From assembly GCA_965230925.1 (NCBI GenBank), contig OZ246403.1:266455-330454 (forward strand): a stretch of 64,000 bases of DNA, read 5' to 3'. Positions within the stretch are counted from its first letter, which is position 1; every line of letters begins with the position of its first letter. This DNA comes from an uncultured Candidatus Saccharibacteria bacterium. GTDB lineage: Bacteria > Patescibacteriota > Minisyncoccia > Phycocordibacterales > JACOZG01. Below the pieces are notes generated by a model. It saw nothing but the letters and a program-made list of their open reading frames with translations, searched no databases and had not been told where the DNA came from. The position numbers and the translations under genes were made by a program. Shown one piece after another: positions 1 to 9,647 of the stretch.

Positions 1-1
1 C

Positions 2-811
2 GTCAAGACCCTCACTCTTTTTCTTAGTCAGATCAATGTCGGTAGATCCAACCACCTCAGCCAAAAAGTACTTCACCTGTTTCCGAATTTTCCCCTTCTC
101 GGGGTCAGAAGCAATATACTCGTTTGAGCCAAGCGGTGCAATAACCTTAATCTCGAGCGACATTTCTTCTTTAATCTCCCGACAAGCACCCTCTTCTGCC
201 TTCTCGCTTGCGTCTACGTGACCCTTCGAGAGCGTCCAGTAACCGAAGATATCGTGCACCAGCGCCAATTTAATATCCTTACCAAACTTGGCATACACCA
301 CCGCGCCACAAAGGGTCTCAATGGGCATCTCATCATAGGGCACATCTTTCGGTCGACGCTTCTTGGCGGGCACATCGTCCTTACCTGGTTCACCAATTTC
401 GCGGTAAACAGTGCCAAGCACACCATTCACAAACTTGCCGCTATTCTCGCCGCCGAAAGTCTTCGCCACTTCAATGGCTTCATTAATAGCCACCTTGGCC
501 GGCACCTCGCCACGATCGGCAAACAAGAGTTCATAGAGACCAATCCGGAGCACATTGCGGTCCACAGCCGCAATAAGATCAATCGGCCAGTCCGGAGCGG
601 CCTTCTCAATAATTTCGTCGAGCTGGGGCTTGTGATCAATCACCCCGTCTACGAGACGTTCAATAAAAGATGAATCCTCGAGGCCGGGAGCAAATTCTTC
701 AATATTTGCTTGAATAATCTCCGGCAATTTCTGCCGATTACTTGCATCAGTTACGTCCCATTCAAACAAGGACTGCATTGCAATGCTGCGTGATAAATGT
801 CGATTAGCCAT
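2..811 (-). CDS. nusB: NusB antitermination factor fused to a C-terminal NUDIX hydrolase domain (3' end runs off the window)
   Basis: Absent from the ORF track because it has no stop in the window. Manual translation from ATG 811 gives MANRHLSRSIAMQSLFEWD...VDRNVLRIGLYELLF...VPAKVAINEAIEVAKTFGGENSGKFVNGVLG (NusB). It continues in frame into WTLSKGHVDASEKAEEGACREIKEEMSL (Nudix box). Confidence 0.92.
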   Translation of the reverse strand, partial: MANRHLSRSIAMQSLFEWDVTDASNRQKLPEIIQANIEEFAPGLEDSSFIERLVDGVIDHKPQLDEIIEKAAPDWPIDLIAAVDRNVLRIGLYELLFADRGEVPAKVAINEAIEVAKTFGGENSGKFVNGVLGTVYREIGEPGKDDVPAKKRRPKDVPYDEMPIETLCGAVVYAKFGKDIKLALVHDIFGYWTLSKGHVDASEKAEEGACREIKEEMSLEIKVIAPLGSNEYIASDPEKGKIRKQVKYFLAEVVGSTDIDLTKKKSEGLD

Positions 812-871
812 CGAGGTGCTGATTCAATTGTAGCAGAAAAAGAAAGGGAACGTTGGGGAAAAACTCTTGCG

Positions 872-1108
872 TTAGCGAGCGGCTGGCTGACTAGCGGCGC
901 TTTTCTTGCGCTTGTCTTCAGCCTTCTTGGCCTTAGCCACCATGTCGAAGACCTGCCGGCCACGATAGAAGCCGCAGGTTAAGCAGGCCCGGTGGCGCAA
1001 GTGAGCCGCGCCACAATTAGCGCATTTCGAAAGGCGCGGCCCAGTGAGCGCGTGGTGCGACCGGCGATTGCCGGTGTGCGCCCGAGTATGTCGCATCCGA
1101 ATTACCAT
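872..1108 (-). CDS. rpmF: 50S ribosomal protein L32 (Zn-ribbon type)
   Basis: RRSHHAL...CANCG...HRACLTCGFYRGRQV. Confidence 0.95.
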   Translation of the reverse strand: MVIRMRHTRAHTGNRRSHHALTGPRLSKCANCGAAHLRHRACLTCGFYRGRQVFDMVAKAKKAEDKRKKSAASQPAAR

Positions 1109-1135
1109 AGGCCAAAGAGTATATCGAACTCGAGC

Positions 1136-3421
1136 TTATTCGGCAAGCCCCGTCCGAGAGTTATCATGATGGAAGGTCGGCCAGGAGCCAGGACTATTAA
1201 AGTTACCGCCAAAATCAAACACCCTCAATTCAGACCCTTGAACACTGCCATCATAAGACTTAATGTGTAGCAAATCAGACTGGCCGTCGCGCTGAAGATC
1301 AGCGATGGTCGCAGGCATGGACTTAATTCCTTGACGATTCCATTCTGGATGGAGCCCTATTGGCATCCCCGGCAGAAGACTTAAGTCGCTTCTATAAATA
1401 TATATATCGTCACCCGTTGGAATCGTCCCATCATTCTCTCCTTCCACTGCATAAACTAACTCCAAATCACCTCCGGGTTCTATATCATCGATGAGCCAGT
1501 TCCATGGTTCATGAGAGTGAAGGTGTTCCATAATAACTGGAGGATGAGCTACTCCAGAGGACTCATAGATAAAAGTGAGACCGGTACCAGCATTAAAAGA
1601 ACAAATGAAAATAATTTCTGTGGTGCCGTTATGATCCAAGTCTGCTGCCGATGGGCTATGAATCCAATTATCGCCAATGCAATACTCATCATAGTTAGTG
1701 TGAACATAGGGTCTCTGTGGCCAACCCGCAAGATCGGCACTATCTGGCTCTAACACATTAATAACAGCACGGTGAAAATTGAGGCCGAAGGGTGGATCAT
1801 AGTTTTCATGGCCAATAAACATTACATTGAGAGAGCCGTTATTATCGAAATCACCAAGAACCGGTGATTGGCGACTTAATTCTGGTGAAGCATATGCTTT
1901 GGGCCACCCGGGCAACTCTGAAGCATCCTGATAATGAACCGCGTGGAGTCTGGTGGTGGGAAGCTCTGATGTTTCTGGGGGAGCAAAAAACGCTTCGCCC
2001 AAATTAAACACAATTTCTACCTCACCATCACCATCTAGGTCACCGATCGCTGGACTGCCAGCTAAATTATGAGACAAAACACCGTCGGACCCGTCGATTG
2101 CAGCTGATTTTATAATAGGATAGTGGGAATTAAACAACTCACCATTAAGTCGGAAAACGAACAGCTTCGCTTCGTCCACCTGATTGGCATTTCTCCCAAA
2201 CCCTTTAGTAATTAATTCTTTCGTTCCATCATGATCAAGATCATAAGCCAGAACCGCAGGGATTGTCCCTGGTTGACTACCCAAGTCTCGCCCACCATTC
2301 GGCCAAAAACTGGCCAGAGTACCATCATAATTTAAAACCAATAACCGATTACTGAAATCGCTTCCACTCGTAATTTGAATAATGGGCAGAAGTTCTAATA
2401 ATCCATCATTATTAAGATCAGCGATACTCATAGGAGTAACTCTGGTTGACGAAACAATCCCACTACTCCCCCCAGAAACTCCACTTCGTGCTACTAAATC
2501 TACCGGGAAATTAGGTAAATCATTACCACTGGAATCAAGACCATAAAGACGACCGTTAATACCTAAGGCAAAGATCTCTGAGTGACCATTACCATCTACA
2601 TCAGCCACCGTTGGGCCCCAAATACGGACTCCAGGGAATTGTCGAACAAAATCTTCGGAAATTGAAACATTGGTAGGAGTAATGTTAATCGAGGTTGTTT
2701 CCACATCAACACCACCACAATTGTCGGTAACTGTGAGAGTCACATCATAATTGCCTAGAGAAGCATAGGTATGAGTGGCGGTAGCACCAGTGCCCGTGGT
2801 ACCGTCACCAAAATTCCAAGCGTAATTAGTAATATTGCCGTCAGTATCATCTGATTCTGAGGCGTCGAAACGTTGAGGATAATTTACACTACCAGCCGTT
2901 GGTCCAAAGAAATCAGTGGTTGGCAAAACATTGTTTGAACAGGGATCAAGCGCAACCACATTAAGATGAATCTGGAAATTAGCGGCTGCTCCACAATTGT
3001 CGGTCACAGTAAGGGTGATTGTCTTGTTTCCGGTGGTGGTATAGCTGTGCACGGCTGTGGAGCCAGAACCGTTACTACCATCTCCAAAATTCCAAGAATA
3101 GGTGGTGATAGAACCACCCTGATCGGAAGAACCAAGGGCGTTGAAGAGAACGGGGGTATTAACAGTCACCTGTCCCGCTGGCTCAGAGAAAGCCAGTGGC
3201 ACTGGAGGGGTGTTGTTTGCACAGGGTGCAGGGTTGGTGGTCCACTCAAGCAATGGTTCGGTGTTTCTTGGCACCGCCACTGGTGTTCCTTTACCAGGTG
3301 ACACCAGGGCTAGAAAACCGTCTGGTAAAATCGAAGAAGAAAGAAGATAACTGACATAGAAAATCACGATAAAAAACAAAATAAGTTTCAATAACCGAGG
3401 GGGAAATTCTGGTTGGGCCAT
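1136..3421 (-). CDS. Secreted/membrane-anchored protein with two PKD domains and an FG-GAP/VCBS beta-propeller
   Basis: N-terminal TM segment, two YxWNFGDG...HxY PKD repeats, repeated ADxDxDGxxE Ca-binding motifs, C-terminal WPTFHHDNSRTG. Confidence 0.8.
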   Translation of the reverse strand: MAQPEFPPRLLKLILFFIVIFYVSYLLSSSILPDGFLALVSPGKGTPVAVPRNTEPLLEWTTNPAPCANNTPPVPLAFSEPAGQVTVNTPVLFNALGSSDQGGSITTYSWNFGDGSNGSGSTAVHSYTTTGNKTITLTVTDNCGAAANFQIHLNVVALDPCSNNVLPTTDFFGPTAGSVNYPQRFDASESDDTDGNITNYAWNFGDGTTGTGATATHTYASLGNYDVTLTVTDNCGGVDVETTSINITPTNVSISEDFVRQFPGVRIWGPTVADVDGNGHSEIFALGINGRLYGLDSSGNDLPNFPVDLVARSGVSGGSSGIVSSTRVTPMSIADLNNDGLLELLPIIQITSGSDFSNRLLVLNYDGTLASFWPNGGRDLGSQPGTIPAVLAYDLDHDGTKELITKGFGRNANQVDEAKLFVFRLNGELFNSHYPIIKSAAIDGSDGVLSHNLAGSPAIGDLDGDGEVEIVFNLGEAFFAPPETSELPTTRLHAVHYQDASELPGWPKAYASPELSRQSPVLGDFDNNGSLNVMFIGHENYDPPFGLNFHRAVINVLEPDSADLAGWPQRPYVHTNYDEYCIGDNWIHSPSAADLDHNGTTEIIFICSFNAGTGLTFIYESSGVAHPPVIMEHLHSHEPWNWLIDDIEPGGDLELVYAVEGENDGTIPTGDDIYIYRSDLSLLPGMPIGLHPEWNRQGIKSMPATIADLQRDGQSDLLHIKSYDGSVQGSELRVFDFGGNFNSPGSWPTFHHDNSRTGLAE

Positions 3422-3431
3422 TTTATTAAAA

Positions 3432-6400
3432 TTAATTAAAATTCGGCAAGCTGGTGAGGCGCTGAATCAAGAGGATCAGGAGGTGCACAATAACAAGCAA
3501 CCTTTGACGCATCGTGGCTAAAATACCGGTTTGAGGAATGAGCTCGAAGGGAATGATGACGGTTTTCCCTTGATAGAGCTGATTCAATTTGGCGCGGGTG
3601 CTTGGACCAGCGAGGCCAAAACCCTCGCCGCCAGGACCAGTAATAGAATTTTCCAGTTGGAATCGCTTCACCGCCTCAGCCGTAGCCACATCATACCGAC
3701 GAGTGAAAGCACCGAGATAATATCCATTCACCGAGAGCATGTATTGCAGAATTTCTACCTGATCTCCCTCGCTAATACCGATGGCGAACGGACCAGTGAC
3801 CGCAGGCAAAACATAGCTCTGTCCAGCCGGCATGGTGGCCGCACCAGTATCAAGCGCCACCGTCGGTCGGCCATAAATATCGTACCCTGGGGTACCCTCA
3901 AGATCGCCACCAATACCACCGCGACTTCCTCCCCCACCACCCCCTCCGCCGCCGCCTCCACCAGAAGAACCACCGCCATCATCCTCATCTGCGGGAGTAT
4001 CGTCAGTTGGATCATCGTCTGAAGAGTCGGCTTCAAAGAAGTCTATAAGCGCTCGGTATCTGGGCGCGTCGGCTTCTGTTTGGCCAAGGTGCTCGAGAGC
4101 TCCCCAAGAACCAAATTCATTTGGCGTTCTAACATAAAGATAATGAGAGAAAACGCCACCGGTTATCTCGAACCAAGAATTAAGATAATCAACATAAATA
4201 TCGTACATTCGATCGTCACGATTGGCGGCTAGCAATTTAGCAGTTAAAGTTGAGTTATTGGTATTGCTACCTGTGGCCACCAGAGATTGACCTCCTTCGT
4301 AAGAAATAAGTGGTAAATTGTAAGCATCAGCAACAGTTTTATTGGCCTCCATTCGCGCCACCGCTTGGGGTAAATAAGTGTCTTCTAATTCATCGAGAAT
4401 GGTGTCCGTTGTGGCAGAATTCACTTGATTGTTGGTTACCAAGTCATCGGCAAGACCATTGCCAAAGTAAGGCGCGATCGCCACCGCATCAGCCTCAACT
4501 TCAGCCGAATTAATTCCCGACTCACTAAAGGCCGATAAAATATCGCTCAAAACCTGAGAACTCCCCGCTTGACCAGCAAGAACATTAATCACCCGATTGC
4601 TCTCATTGCCAAACTCAGTTTCAAAAATTTCAAAAATTTCGGCTGATCGCTTGGCATAAAACCTTCTGCGAGCGGCAGTGGCGCTACCGGAAAGCCCTTG
4701 AGCCAAACCTTCGGTCTCGGCATAGTCGTATTGGGTAAATTGCGGATTCCACACTTCATTGGAGTACTCCACATAAACTTCAAGCTGTGGGTCAAGATTA
4801 TCTTTAATCAGGCTCGCTAACTCCTGAACGTAATCATCATCTGCCAAGTGAGGAATGGTAAACCAAGGATCGATGTTAAGTTCATTGGCGAGCATAATGC
4901 TGTATTCGGGAGCGGGACCCTGACTCCGCGCTTGAGTGACATGATTAAGAGTGGTTCGCTCATCCCAGGTAGACATAAGTTGACCATTAGTACGGATCCA
5001 GTTCATCAAACGCAAAGCGGAAAAACCTTCGAGCTTAGTTAAGAAAGGTGGATAAAATGGCTCAGTGGCATAAGTACTCTCATAACCTGGCATAATGACT
5101 CGAATATTACTTACTGGATCCGCCACATCAGAACGCGTGATCGACAAACGAATGCCATTACTCGAAGGACTAGAAACAGTGAATTGATGCGTCCCGGTAC
5201 CGCCAGCTTGATCGAAGGTGCCAGAAGCATCGCGGCCCATTGTAATTTCACCATCACCTTCAAACATAAGAGTATAAGTGCCGCTCGGATACGTGCCAGA
5301 ACTCACATCGAGCATTACCGCCGACACAATTTGCGGTTGAGCAACTCCGTTGTCGTAAGGAATCTCAAGCGGATAGCCGAGACTGTCGGTCGGAACTGTC
5401 ACCCCACTCGAACTAAAGCTTCCAACATTACTTGCCACCCAAGGATTACTCCCACTTGAACCAGCTTGTTTGAACACATCGACGAAAACAATTTGGGTAT
5501 TGGAACTACGAATGGCATCGAGATTAATACCAATGGGACCGCCAGTGGGTACCGGATCGGGATCAACTACTGGCGCGGCACTTACTGTAATAGTTAAAGT
5601 GTCACTCGCGGAAAGAGCTCCATCGCTCACCAAAAGATTTAAAACATAAGTACCGGCCGTTGAGAAAGTGACGGTGGTACTCAAAGCGCTCGCATTGCTA
5701 AAAGTTACAGACGCGGGACCACTTACCGTACTCCAGGTATAGGTGAGAGTGTCGCTTGGAAGATCATCGTCAGTGGCGCTACCGCTTAAGCTCGCCGTGC
5801 TCGGGAGAGTAATGGCCTGATCACTGCCAGCATTCACACTCGGCGCTTGGTTAACCGGATCAGGATCAGCTTCCACATAGGCAAATTCCATTGCCCCGGC
5901 ATCGCAATCGGTACTTGGCCGAAGATTGCCGAACATGTCGCGCGGCACGGAGTCATGACAGACACCAATATCGGTACCGGGAGCCGAGCCACTTGAAAGA
6001 GCAAATTCATCGAGATTGGTGTAGGGCCAAGATCCCGTCCAAGGATTAGTCGATGTTTTTAAATTACACGAACCCGGACCGGTCGAGGAGCCACAGAATG
6101 TCATACCCGGAAAAGTGGTAGGGAATACGCCTGAACCATCGGCGTCATAGTAAAGATTATTATCAACTCTAATATCAGTAGCCTCGGTAACGGCTCCTTG
6201 TGTGCCCCAGAAACCGTGACTAGAACCGGTGTTTGCACCAACCACAAAGCTATTGTTGTAAACCCGCCAATGATCGGGCTCGTGGTAACTCGCATTACCG
6301 CTCTGCTCCGTACTACATTCCTCTATTCCAATTGCCGTGGCACTACTCGAGTTCTGGCCGTAACGCGTGCCGTCAAAAACATTGTTAGAAATTAATAAAC

Positions 6401-9008
6401 CCTGGACTTTGGTGTGAAGCGTCATGCGAACAGTAGAATTGGCCCGGGCCGAAGTGTCTGAAGAAAACACATTGCCTGTCATGCGATCATAGCGATGCCA
6501 CTCTTTAACCTTATCAACACCACAGTCGGTGGCGGTGAAGCCAACCATGGCGGTCTGAGTGTATTTACAAGCTGAAACATAGTTATCGACAAACATCTCA
6601 TCTTGGCTCGGGAAATCGCCAGCCGCATCAATGTTCAAACCATTTCTCATTGAGAGAATTCCCCCACCGCGCGAACCAATAGAAGCGGTACCCGATTCAT
6701 ATTCATGACCACAACCGATAACTTCAGCCGCCACACCAAGCGGATCGGCACCAGGATTCAAGAGTCCCCAATCATTGTGGGCCATGTAACCCTTGTCGGT
6801 ATATTTGAACCGGCCATTGAAACTGCTACCGTAATTACCATTTGTTTGTACGGTCCCAGCTAAGTCATCGCCGCTCATTGAGCCAGCCATGGCAAAGTAC
6901 TTCACCGTAGTGTAAATATTGGCGAGACCAGAGAGATTGGGTTGAGCACCCGGGCCGTATTGCGCCGCACTATCAATGAAGGCAATTTGATTATGGACAT
7001 CACCGGCGTCGAGATCGCAGGACGGGAAATTGTTGCAGTGCATATAGAGCGCCACGTCGAAGCGGTTAATATCGACGCGAAGCCACAAAGCGCGGTTGAT
7101 GACGGTGGTATTACTCGAATTGAAGGCCACCCCCGAACCATTATTTGCCACATCCGTTTTCCCTTGAACCGTCAGGTCGACAAACTGGAAATCGGAAGTG
7201 TTATCGGTGAAATTAATGAAATTGTTGTTTGGCGAAGCAGATGTGTCGAGCCAAATTGGTTTAGCACCCGAACCGTAAGCGCCAAAATATTTAGAACCGC
7301 TCGGGATCGTGATTGCACTCGCTGAAGCATAACTCTCACCACGTTGGAAAAGACAACGCTTGGCACCCGTGCAATGCGTAATAATCGCTTGCGAGAGCGG
7401 GCTGGCGCCGGTGGCCTGAACTACAGTTGCTCCTGCCGGGCAACCAGTGGTCACGCCAGCAACCGGAACAGTTGTAGTGTAAACACAAACCGTATTTGTG
7501 CCCGACCAATTACTATCGGCGCTCGTGACGGTAATTTGCGCCGTCGCCGTGGAGCCGTTCACATCGAGAGTGGCAGTATAAACTCCCGGCGTCTCGTAAA
7601 CGTGGAAGCCAACGACGCCAGTATCCGTGTCGCTATTCTTAGACGGTGCGTCGCCATTGCGATACAAAGCACCGCGCGACCAAGTACCAGCGCCGGTATC
7701 GCCGTAATCGTAGTTGTAATCGAGAAAGAGTCGCTCATCAGTGGTGCCCAAATTACTATCAGTCGTACCCGAAGCATCGAACCAGATGGCGCACGGCGCT
7801 ACGCAAGAGGTGCGAGTAGGCACAAGAGAAGGTGTTACCACTCCACTCACCGGTTCTACTTCAACCGCGCCGCCGGCATCCGGTGTCCAAGAGAAGTCCA
7901 CACCCTCGAGCGCGCCACCGGCGTCAATCGTCGCGCGATAAATCATTGTGCTACCACCCAAGCAGCTTGAAGAACTATCAGTACCGCCATCGCTAAGGTC
8001 ACACCAGGTAGAACCATCATCGGTACTATATTCTAGATCCACGGAACCGCCGGGCGTATCATCCCAACTCGTCGTAATATCAGTGAAAGCCCCTGTTGAA
8101 ATATCAGCGGACTCAAAAGTCCCGCTCGCCGCGCCACTACCGTCAACCACCGCACTGGCGAGCGCCGTAATTTCTCCATCAGAAAGAATTCGATCCCAAA
8201 TCGCCACCTCGTCAATCAAACCATTAAAATTGTGCTCACTCGCATTACTTCTGGCGCCAATGAAAGTCTGCGCCGCGAGAGAAGAACCAGTCGGAGCTGA
8301 AGTGGCCGCATCCGTGCCACACTCTGATCCATTAATGAAAGCGCGCGCCGTGGTACCACTAATGGTATATCCGACCTGAGTCCAAGTGTTGAGCGGCACC
8401 GCGGTTGAACAGGTGATGAGTACGCCATAATCATTTTCTACCCTGAACTGGCCGGTGTCATTGATCTGCAAACGGAGAATCTCGTCGGTCCCACCACTCG
8501 TGATAGAGCCGTGAATAATGCTGTAGCGACTGGCTGCCGCTGGCGTACCAGCGCGATTAATCCAAGCCGAAACCGTAAGCGTAGAAACACTGCTCACGCT
8601 AAGGGTCGGCAGCGTAATAGAGTCCCCAGTACCGTCGAGGGTGCAAGCTTGGCTAAATTGGCCGCCCGAAGAACAAGAAGCATCTCCATTCAGCGTACCA
8701 TTAGCGCTTCCCGCACTATCATTAGCATTGCCATCCATGTGCCACAGCATCACTGGTCCACCCGAGCCGCCACTTGCTTCAATTGCGCTTGAGCTATCCC
8801 AAGCCACATTGCTAAAACTCGCCTGATCAACGTAATCGAGGTCATCAAAATCGTCGAAGAAAGTGTCCACACCGAGATCAGCCGGCGCGGCGAGCTGGCC
8901 GCCCTGCTGACTCAACTGGCTAATCTCAGAAAAACCAGACCACAGCCCAATAATGAGAAAGAGAAAAGTGACAACAGCAATTAACTTCAGATGATGAATC
9001 TTGTCCAC
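3432..9008 (-). CDS. Giant surface protein (1858 aa): LamG, PKD, beta-helix with choice-of-anchor-Q-like end, PKD/REJ, clan GH-A-like glycoside hydrolase domain, Gly linker, peptidoglycan-binding domain
   Basis: FNGLIDEVAIWDRILS (LamG); HVYETPGVY (PKD); DMFGNLRP..CDAGAMEF; NQAPSVNAGSDQ; EYSNEVWN and YEGGQ; poly-Gly; LQYMLSVNGYY...TAEAVKRFQ...GPSTRAKLN. Confidence 0.75.
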   Translation of the reverse strand: MDKIHHLKLIAVVTFLFLIIGLWSGFSEISQLSQQGGQLAAPADLGVDTFFDDFDDLDYVDQASFSNVAWDSSSAIEASGGSGGPVMLWHMDGNANDSAGSANGTLNGDASCSSGGQFSQACTLDGTGDSITLPTLSVSSVSTLTVSAWINRAGTPAAASRYSIIHGSITSGGTDEILRLQINDTGQFRVENDYGVLITCSTAVPLNTWTQVGYTISGTTARAFINGSECGTDAATSAPTGSSLAAQTFIGARSNASEHNFNGLIDEVAIWDRILSDGEITALASAVVDGSGAASGTFESADISTGAFTDITTSWDDTPGGSVDLEYSTDDGSTWCDLSDGGTDSSSSCLGGSTMIYRATIDAGGALEGVDFSWTPDAGGAVEVEPVSGVVTPSLVPTRTSCVAPCAIWFDASGTTDSNLGTTDERLFLDYNYDYGDTGAGTWSRGALYRNGDAPSKNSDTDTGVVGFHVYETPGVYTATLDVNGSTATAQITVTSADSNWSGTNTVCVYTTTVPVAGVTTGCPAGATVVQATGASPLSQAIITHCTGAKRCLFQRGESYASASAITIPSGSKYFGAYGSGAKPIWLDTSASPNNNFINFTDNTSDFQFVDLTVQGKTDVANNGSGVAFNSSNTTVINRALWLRVDINRFDVALYMHCNNFPSCDLDAGDVHNQIAFIDSAAQYGPGAQPNLSGLANIYTTVKYFAMAGSMSGDDLAGTVQTNGNYGSSFNGRFKYTDKGYMAHNDWGLLNPGADPLGVAAEVIGCGHEYESGTASIGSRGGGILSMRNGLNIDAAGDFPSQDEMFVDNYVSACKYTQTAMVGFTATDCGVDKVKEWHRYDRMTGNVFSSDTSARANSTVRMTLHTKVQGLLISNNVFDGTRYGQNSSSATAIGIEECSTEQSGNASYHEPDHWRVYNNSFVVGANTGSSHGFWGTQGAVTEATDIRVDNNLYYDADGSGVFPTTFPGMTFCGSSTGPGSCNLKTSTNPWTGSWPYTNLDEFALSSGSAPGTDIGVCHDSVPRDMFGNLRPSTDCDAGAMEFAYVEADPDPVNQAPSVNAGSDQAITLPSTASLSGSATDDDLPSDTLTYTWSTVSGPASVTFSNASALSTTVTFSTAGTYVLNLLVSDGALSASDTLTITVSAAPVVDPDPVPTGGPIGINLDAIRSSNTQIVFVDVFKQAGSSGSNPWVASNVGSFSSSGVTVPTDSLGYPLEIPYDNGVAQPQIVSAVMLDVSSGTYPSGTYTLMFEGDGEITMGRDASGTFDQAGGTGTHQFTVSSPSSNGIRLSITRSDVADPVSNIRVIMPGYESTYATEPFYPPFLTKLEGFSALRLMNWIRTNGQLMSTWDERTTLNHVTQARSQGPAPEYSIMLANELNIDPWFTIPHLADDDYVQELASLIKDNLDPQLEVYVEYSNEVWNPQFTQYDYAETEGLAQGLSGSATAARRRFYAKRSAEIFEIFETEFGNESNRVINVLAGQAGSSQVLSDILSAFSESGINSAEVEADAVAIAPYFGNGLADDLVTNNQVNSATTDTILDELEDTYLPQAVARMEANKTVADAYNLPLISYEGGQSLVATGSNTNNSTLTAKLLAANRDDRMYDIYVDYLNSWFEITGGVFSHYLYVRTPNEFGSWGALEHLGQTEADAPRYRALIDFFEADSSDDDPTDDTPADEDDGGGSSGGGGGGGGGGGGSRGGIGGDLEGTPGYDIYGRPTVALDTGAATMPAGQSYVLPAVTGPFAIGISEGDQVEILQYMLSVNGYYLGAFTRRYDVATAEAVKRFQLENSITGPGGEGFGLAGPSTRAKLNQLYQGKTVIIPFELIPQTGILATMRQRLLVIVHLLILLIQRLTSLPNFN

Positions 9009-9017
9009 GCTTTTTCT

Positions 9018-9647
9018 TTATTGTAGCCCAATAAATGAGCGACAAAAAGTCCGCCGGTGGATAAGGGAAAGGCCGTGGGTCACAATCGCCCGGCGATGCG
9101 CGATGGTACCGTAACCTTTGTGAATTTCAAAACCATAATTGGGATATTTTTTAGCAATTCGAACCATGTGGCGATCGCGCGTAACCTTAGCCACAATCGA
9201 TGCCAGCGCAATAATCGGCTCGCTTTCGTCACCGCGAATAATCGTTTTTTGATTAAGAAATTCTTCTGGCGCTTTTAAACTCCCATCAAGTAGCACCTTG
9301 CATTCACTGGGTTGGACTTTTAATTTAATTAAGCATCGCTCGATCCCAATTTTAATCGCCACACTAATCCCCTTTTTATCAATCACCTGATGGCTCACTA
9401 GACTTACCGCAAAATCGAGCTCTCCGGTCTTTTTTGCCTCTTTAATTTTAGTAAACCAAGCTTCCCTTTGAGTTTCAGTCAATTGCTTAGAATCTTTCAT
9501 CTTGGCCCGTTTTTTAGAGATCCTGGTGACAACCACCCCCACCGCCACCGGTCCAGCCAAGGGTCCCCGCCCAGCTTCATCAATACCAATTAAATACCTA
9601 AATTTCTTTCCTTTGCTATAATCCGATCGATGTTTGTTCATCTGCAT
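9018..9647 (-). CDS. rnhB: Ribonuclease HII (start 9641-9659, overlapping the dnaE start)
   Basis: IGIDEAGRGPLAGPV, DSKQL, ASIVAKVTRD, HKGYGT motifs. Confidence 0.95.
   Translation of the reverse strand: MQMNKHRSDYSKGKKFRYLIGIDEAGRGPLAGPVAVGVVVTRISKKRAKMKDSKQLTETQREAWFTKIKEAKKTGELDFAVSLVSHQVIDKKGISVAIKIGIERCLIKLKVQPSECKVLLDGSLKAPEEFLNQKTIIRGDESEPIIALASIVAKVTRDRHMVRIAKKYPNYGFEIHKGYGTIAHRRAIVTHGLSLIHRRTFCRSFIGLQ

Noticed and set aside
3905-3980. GGN-rich low-complexity tract
   Set aside because: It encodes the poly-Gly linker with mixed codons; not a phase-variable simple repeat.
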